Positions 58,831 to 64,000 of a stretch of DNA of 64,000 nt are shown one piece after another; within the stretch, counting starts at the first letter, position 1; each line of letters opens with the position of its first letter. The DNA is taken from contig CAWFQK010000004.1 of NCBI GenBank assembly GCA_963817955.1, forward strand, positions 1,568,001-1,632,000, written 5' to 3'. The position numbers and the translations under genes are program-made. The notes beneath the pieces are model-generated. The model saw only the letters and a program-made list of their open reading frames with translations, did not search any database and was not told the DNA's origin. This DNA comes from an uncultured Gemmatimonadaceae bacterium (GTDB lineage Bacteria > Gemmatimonadota > Gemmatimonadetes > Gemmatimonadales > Gemmatimonadaceae).

Positions 58831-60730
58831 TTACTGCGTATCCGGCAACCGACGCAATTCGAGTCGTGTGGGCCGGGCAGCGGTGTGGTAGACCCGCATC
58901 GTGGCCTTCTGGAAGTCCGTCGGTTTCGCTTCAAAGATGTCTGGCACGAACCGCTGCGGATTGAGATCGATGTGCGGGAACCATGTGCTCTGCACCTGCA
59001 CCATGATGCGATGCCCCCGCCTGAACGTGTGGTGAATGGAGGGCATCTCGAACTTGACGGAGTCTGCCGCATTCGGCACCATGGCCGACGGTCTTTCGAA
59101 CGACCGGCGATAGCGCGCGCGGAATGGTTCGCCGCGCACCAGTTGTTGGTAGCCGCCAACCGGAAAGGCGGTCGGGTCATTGGGCCAGTTCGCCGCACTG
59201 TCTGGAAACACGTCAATGAGCTTCACAATGAAGTCCGCGTCCGTGCCAGAGGTGCTCACGTGCAGCACCGGCGTGATCGGGCCGGTGAGCGTGATGTCCG
59301 CGGTGAGCACGTCCGTCTGATAGGTGAGCACGTCGGTGCGTCGTGACGCGAAGCGCTGGTCGGCCGTGATGTAGTCACGCGGCATCCCTTGATTCTCGAC
59401 GCGTTCCACCGTCGGCACCGGCTTCGCTGGATCGCTCACATATTCATCGAATGCGGTGCCCGCACGCGGCGGCGTGAACGCGAGCTTGCCCCCGGCCTGC
59501 AGGTAGAGCGCCGCCGGCGTCGATTCTTTCGGCGGCCACGAGTCGTAGCCATCCCATCTGTCCCCGCCGGTGCGAAACACGAGCACGCGAGGAAGCTTCG
59601 GATCCGGCGCGCCGGCGAGGTAGTGCGCAAAGAAGGGATACTCGACGGAATCCCGGAAGAACGGGCCCGTTTTGTATTTCCAACGGAGCGTGCCGAGGAC
59701 GTCGCCGTCGCCACGACTCCATCCTCCATGCGACCACGGTCCGACGATGATGCGGTTGTCCGCACCGGGACTCAGCTTCTCGATGTTGCCGTACACCCAC
59801 CATGGTCCGTGAATGTCCTCGGTATCATAGAAACCGCCGACAGCCAGGAACGCGGCTTTCACGTCGTGCAGGTGGGGGCGCACATCGCGCGCCTTCCAGA
59901 AGGCGTCGTAGGTGGGATGTGTGAGGATGGACTGCCAGAGTGGTGCGGTCGCGGAATCGAGAATCTTTCGTGTTCCGGGACCCAGAGGCTCCAATCCCAA
60001 ATAGTACTTGTAGGCGTCGGGCGTGCCCATGGAGAACGGATACTTGGGATCGGGTCCGGGCTCGTTGCGCGGGGCTCGTCCGAACCCGGTATAGAACCCG
60101 AAGTTGTGGGCCAGCAAGAAGGCACCGCCGTGGAAGTTGTCGTCCCCCATCCAGATGTCAGTCATCGGCGCCTGCGGCGAACACGCCACCAACGCCGGAT
60201 GCCTGCGAGAGACAGCTCGCGGTGGTGTAGAAGCCAGGATACGACGTGCCGTACATCCCCACCTTACCGTTCGTGGGAAGATTCTTCACCAGCCATTCAA
60301 TGCTGTCGTACGCATCGGTGCCCTCATCGACATCCGTAGGCTTGTCGTGCTTCTCGAGAATGGGCGTCATATCGCGGAAGACTCCCTCGGAGTAGTTCCG
60401 CCCGCGCACGTCCTGATAAACGAAGATGTATCCGTCCTCGACCCACTTCCGGTTGCCGGACGGACCGAGTGCCGCCTTGTAGTCGACACCGTATGGTGAC
60501 ACCGAGTATGGCGTGCGCGACATCAGCACGGGATATCGATGCGTCGTATCTCTCGGCACATAGATGGACGTGAAGAGCTGCGCCCCATCGCGGACGCGAA
60601 TGCGCACTTCGCGCTTGGTATAGAGTTCTTTGATTCGCGCCGCAAGGGCAGGGTCGCCCCCTTGACCCTGGGCCGGTAGCACGGCGGTGGCAACGAGTGC
60701 CAATGCGAGGAAGGCGAGCGGTCGACGCAT
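58831..60730 (-). pseudogene. CocE/NonD hydrolase (glutaryl-7-ACA acylase/alpha-amino acid ester hydrolase-like) split by one frameshift at ~60205
   Basis: N-part ends GTSYPGFYTTASCLS; removing one base gives RHPALVACSPQAPMTDIWMGDDNFHGGA in the second ORF. Confidence 0.85.
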
Positions 60731-60752
60731 ATGAAGTCCGATAAAGATGGAT

Positions 60753-62303
60753 CTAAGTTCGGCCCCAGCCGAGGCTCCGCAAGGCCCGCCATTCGCCGGC
60801 GCGAAAGAACTGGGTCAAGGCGAGAATGGTCGGTAGGGCAGCAATGAGCACCAGCTTCAGACTCAACCCCGCGACGCTCAGGGGCCGCACGCCGACTGCT
60901 TCCGCCCAGCGGTCAATCGCGAACAGGAGCGCCGTGACGATCGCGAGGTGAACGAGCCGTCGCCACTCGAACGGCACACGAAAGACGCGGCCCGACTGCC
61001 AGGCGCCGAGTGCCGCCATCAACGCATAGGATGCGGGTGTCGCCCACGCGACGCCAACCATGCCCCAGCGCCGCGAGGCCACGATGCACGTCGCCACATT
61101 GAGCGCCGCTCCAGCGCCGGCGATCCACGGCAAGACGCTGGTTCGTCGTTCGACATACAGTCCCGAAGTCACGACGGTATAGATGCCGGTAAAGACATAC
61201 CCCAGCAGAATTACCGGAACGATGGGCAATCCGAGCCAGTACGCCGGCTTCACGTACTGGTGGACTGCCGGAATGGCCACGAGCACCGGCAGCAGGACTG
61301 AGATGATCAGGAACCCACTTGCGCAGACCAGCATGAGCGCGGTCAGGACTCTCGAGAAGAGCTGCGGTGCGTCCGGCTCGCGCGCATGCTGGAGGGCAAA
61401 CGGCGTCCACGCCAGGCGGAACATCTGCACGACCAACAGCATCGCCACACCAAGCTTGTAGTTGAAGCTGTAGATGCCGACCACATCCTTGGAACCCATC
61501 CCGTACACGCTGTGGGCGATGGCCTCGGGCAGGTAGTTGAGCACGAGCCGATCGCCGTTCTCGACGATCATGACGCCGAGCATCGCAGGCATGATCGGCA
61601 GCGCGTATCCCCAGAGTTCGCGCCACGCCGCGCCACGGAGGAGGGCGGGCCGGAATAGCCGAGCAATGTCGGCCATCACGAGCAGCAAGACGGCAATGTT
61701 TGCCCCGATGTTCGTCAGGAATATCGCAGACACGCCGGCGTTGAAGTGGCCAATCAGGACGATGTTGCCGGCAACGCTCAACCCCACGAACGCCAGTCGC
61801 AGGCTGGCGTATCGCCATGCCCGTCCGGCCATGCGCAGGTATGCAAACGGAACCGCGAGCAGCGCGTCCGAATACACAATGATCATCATGTAGCGGAACG
61901 ACGTACTGTCCAGCCTCGCCGCCGTGGCGAGCCACGGCGCTGCCGCGAAGCATGCCGCGGTGACCAGCGCACCGATCGCGAGAACGATGGCGAATGACTC
62001 GGTGAATGCGCGCTCGCCGGCTTTGGTGTTTCCCTGAGTCGCGGCGGCGTTGCGCATGTACGCCACGTCCATCCCGAGGTAGAACGCGATCGAGATGATG
62101 GGGATGTACGAATACACGACGCTCTGCACGCCGTTCTGTGCTGCATCAAAATGATGGGCGTAATACGGCTGCAGCAGGTAACTGAGCAGTCGCCCGACGA
62201 TGGAGCTCAGCCCATAGACGAGAGACTCGGAACCGAGCCGCATGAGTTTTCCGGCAAAGCGGTTCGAGCCCGGAGCCACCACGGTGACGAGTGGGGAGTT
62301 CAA
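60753..62303 (-). CDS. Polysaccharide biosynthesis protein / Wzx-like flippase
   Basis: SLVYGLSSIVGRLLSYLLQPYY, GMD.AY.R, DRLVL, VGIYSFNYKL, FRLAWTPF. Confidence 0.85.
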   Translation of the reverse strand: MNSPLVTVVAPGSNRFAGKLMRLGSESLVYGLSSIVGRLLSYLLQPYYAHHFDAAQNGVQSVVYSYIPIISIAFYLGMDVAYMRNAAATQGNTKAGERAFTESFAIVLAIGALVTAACFAAAPWLATAARLDSTSFRYMMIIVYSDALLAVPFAYLRMAGRAWRYASLRLAFVGLSVAGNIVLIGHFNAGVSAIFLTNIGANIAVLLLVMADIARLFRPALLRGAAWRELWGYALPIMPAMLGVMIVENGDRLVLNYLPEAIAHSVYGMGSKDVVGIYSFNYKLGVAMLLVVQMFRLAWTPFALQHAREPDAPQLFSRVLTALMLVCASGFLIISVLLPVLVAIPAVHQYVKPAYWLGLPIVPVILLGYVFTGIYTVVTSGLYVERRTSVLPWIAGAGAALNVATCIVASRRWGMVGVAWATPASYALMAALGAWQSGRVFRVPFEWRRLVHLAIVTALLFAIDRWAEAVGVRPLSVAGLSLKLVLIAALPTILALTQFFRAGEWRALRSLGWGRT

Positions 62304-62310
62304 GCGCGGA

Positions 62311-62343
62311 TAGGGAGCCAGCGCAGTTTAGGGAGTCAGCGCG
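62311..62343. repeat. Two orphan copies of the 17-mer cassette unit
   Basis: TAG GGAGCCAGCGCAGTTTAG GGAGTCAGCGCG, compare GGAGTCAGCGCAGTTAG at 49357. Confidence 0.7.
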
Positions 62344-62432
62344 ACTTCTTGCACAGACACGTCGGCTGCTGACCATCTGGAACAGTACCCGAACGGAATG
62401 AATAGCAAATGAGGTTCAACACCCTCACACAT

Positions 62433-63107
62433 TCAGAAAATTCCCGGTATCAGATGCCAGCGGACCTTGTCCTGATATTCCGTGTACCCTGGCAGATCGT
62501 TCGCAAGCATTTTCTCCTCGTCAAACAGTCGCACGACAAAACCGAGAGCGATCAAGGCAGAAGGAATGAGCCCCCAATACGAGCCGAGAGCCAAAGACAT
62601 ACCGATGAAATATACTATTGCGCATGAATACATTGGATTCCGAACTATCGCATAAGGGCCAGTAGCGATCACTTTTTGTCCTTTGCTGATTTCTACGCTT
62701 GCCGATCCGAATGAATTTTCTTTGAAGACTCGATATACTGCCCACATGCTCACGATGATGAGAATGTCGCCTGTAATAGCAATAGAAGATGGCACGCTCG
62801 ACCAGCCGAATCTGTGGTCGAGCGCGGGAACAATGACATTGGCGATGACTGGAATTAGCAGACAAAACACAATGATCTTCTGTAGAGGTCTTGTCTCCAC
62901 GGTTGGACCGCTTTTCGCCCTGCTTTCAAGCAGTATCGGATCTTTTAGTATATACAGCGTGACCAGGACGCTTAGGAGACCGCTCACGACAAGATAAGCC
63001 CATGCTTGCCAATACCTGGCCGTTCCTGCCGTCAGAAACAAAGCGAGTCCTATGAGGAGATAGCCTGCAACATTTCCGAGCCACATTTTTGCTTTAGGAT
63101 TCATCAT
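62433..63107 (-). CDS. Isoprenylcysteine carboxylmethyltransferase (ICMT/PEMT) family membrane protein, AT-rich
   Basis: YWQAW, LDHRFGWS, ENSF, QKVIATGPYAIVRNPMY, EEKML..LPGY.EY...V.W.LIPGIF. Confidence 0.88.
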   Translation of the reverse strand: MMNPKAKMWLGNVAGYLLIGLALFLTAGTARYWQAWAYLVVSGLLSVLVTLYILKDPILLESRAKSGPTVETRPLQKIIVFCLLIPVIANVIVPALDHRFGWSSVPSSIAITGDILIIVSMWAVYRVFKENSFGSASVEISKGQKVIATGPYAIVRNPMYSCAIVYFIGMSLALGSYWGLIPSALIALGFVVRLFDEEKMLANDLPGYTEYQDKVRWHLIPGIF

Positions 63108-63171
63108 TTTATGATACAAGAAACGCGACTCTGACGTCGAACCGATTGTTGTCTTGCTTTATATAGCTCAG

Positions 63172-63318
63172 TCAGGGAGTTGGCGCCGTTCGCAACACGT
63201 CCTTGGACCGCTGTTTGATGTACAGCGAGATGCCGTATCCGTGCAGCGGGCCGGCGGTAAGCGTCTTCAGGTTCCACATGACGAGCGCGCCGGGCAGCAG
63301 GTCGCGCCGTGCGGACAT
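63172..63318 (-). pseudogene. Truncated PadR-family regulator
   Basis: MSARRDLLPGALVMWNLKTLTAGPLHGYGISLYIKQRSKDVLR, then TAPTP* encoded by the repeat unit; the expected EGSLYPAL helix is absent. Confidence 0.75.
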
Positions 63319-63474
63319 GGTTCGTTTACGGGATAGATGATCTATGGGATGGACTGACGGCTTCAACATGAAGCGGAATCCGCGGGACGCCAAGTCGCGT
63401 GTGGGCCATCGGGGGTGCCAGGCGACCGGCCGAGGGACGGATGGCATCGGTGACGCGATCTCGGGGCGAGGTTC

Positions 63475-63503
63475 TTGACGGGACCGTCCGTTGAATGTAG
63501 CGT
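63475..63503 (+). promoter_or_regulatory. Possible sigma70 promoter for the TonB receptor
   Basis: TTGACG-17 nt-TAGCGT. Confidence 0.3.
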
Positions 63504-63647
63504 CTCGCCCACCACGGGGGTCCGCGCCGTCGCGTAGCCCCGTGTCGAGTGTCGACGCGGCCGCAGTCTGCTCTTCATGGACGTCTCGTAGGCGACCACA
63601 CCAGCAGAACGTTGCCCCCTGCCCGTTCTCCAGGAGGAGAAGACCAC

Positions 63648-64000
63648 ATGACATCAGGACGTTGGAAGATGTTCGCGACAGTCGGTGCCGCGCTCATGAT
63701 GTTGACGGGCGCGGGCCACGCCCTTCATGCGCAAGGCACGATCAGCGGACGCGTAACCGGAAGTGGACAGCCGCTCCCCGAGGCGCGGGTTCTCGTGATC
63801 GGCTCCCCGCTGTCCGCCATAACGAACGACGATGGCCGATTCACCATTCGCAACGTCCCTGCCGGAACGGCGCAGGTTCAGGTGCTGCACGTCGGCTTCC
63901 AGTCAACCAAGAAGACCGTCACCGTGGCAGCCGGCGGCACCGCGACGATGGACTTCGAGCTCACCACCGCAGTGGTGCAGCTTGCCGAGGTCGTGACGAC
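63648..64000 (+). CDS. TonB-dependent receptor (SusC/RagA-like), N-terminal fragment
   Basis: AGGAGG RBS; MTSGRWKMFATVGAALMMLTGAGHALHAQGTISGRVT..PLPEARV...TNDDGRFTIRNVPAG...VQLAEVVT (CarboxypepD_reg-like domain). Confidence 0.8.
   Translation, partial: MTSGRWKMFATVGAALMMLTGAGHALHAQGTISGRVTGSGQPLPEARVLVIGSPLSAITNDDGRFTIRNVPAGTAQVQVLHVGFQSTKKTVTVAAGGTATMDFELTTAVVQLAEVVT

Noticed and set aside
62311..63192. Integron gene cassette
   Set aside because: No integrase and no attC-like RYYYAAC...GTTRRRY palindrome recognised
63330..63640. Riboswitch upstream of the TonB receptor
   Set aside because: No cobalamin or TPP consensus motifs recognised by eye; an Infernal search would be needed

Overview
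High-GC bacterial chromosomal window. Gene content (ADOP-type duplicated ABC permease, BTAD/TPR regulators, SusC-like receptor, several CocE/NonD hydrolases) suggests a Gemmatimonadota-like organism; this is inference. It holds about 50 CDSs: secreted hydrolases and peptidases, transporters, AceK, MmsA, two orphan histidine kinases, two monoheme cytochromes c, and a stand-alone FMN-binding/ApbE/RnfD-like flavinylation module. A small decayed island (5.2-6.85 kb) contains an MNT-HEPN toxin-antitoxin pair and two IS remnants. No rRNA, tRNA or CRISPR array was seen. The most striking unexplained structure is non-coding. (i) A four-helix-bundle (23S rRNA IVP/Avd-like) gene at 48835-49200 is nested in mirror-image arms of tandem repeats with 13-bp terminal inverted repeats, wedged exactly between two convergent stop codons. 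Orphan copies of its 17-mer unit bracket an AT-rich gene and coincide with the truncation of a padR gene at 62.3-63.2 kb. (ii) A dispersed ~150-200 bp repeat (heptamer arm plus conserved core) occurs at least 7 times, always at the 3' end of a gene and in its sense, and twice forms inverted pairs around ~500-650 bp of intervening sequence.
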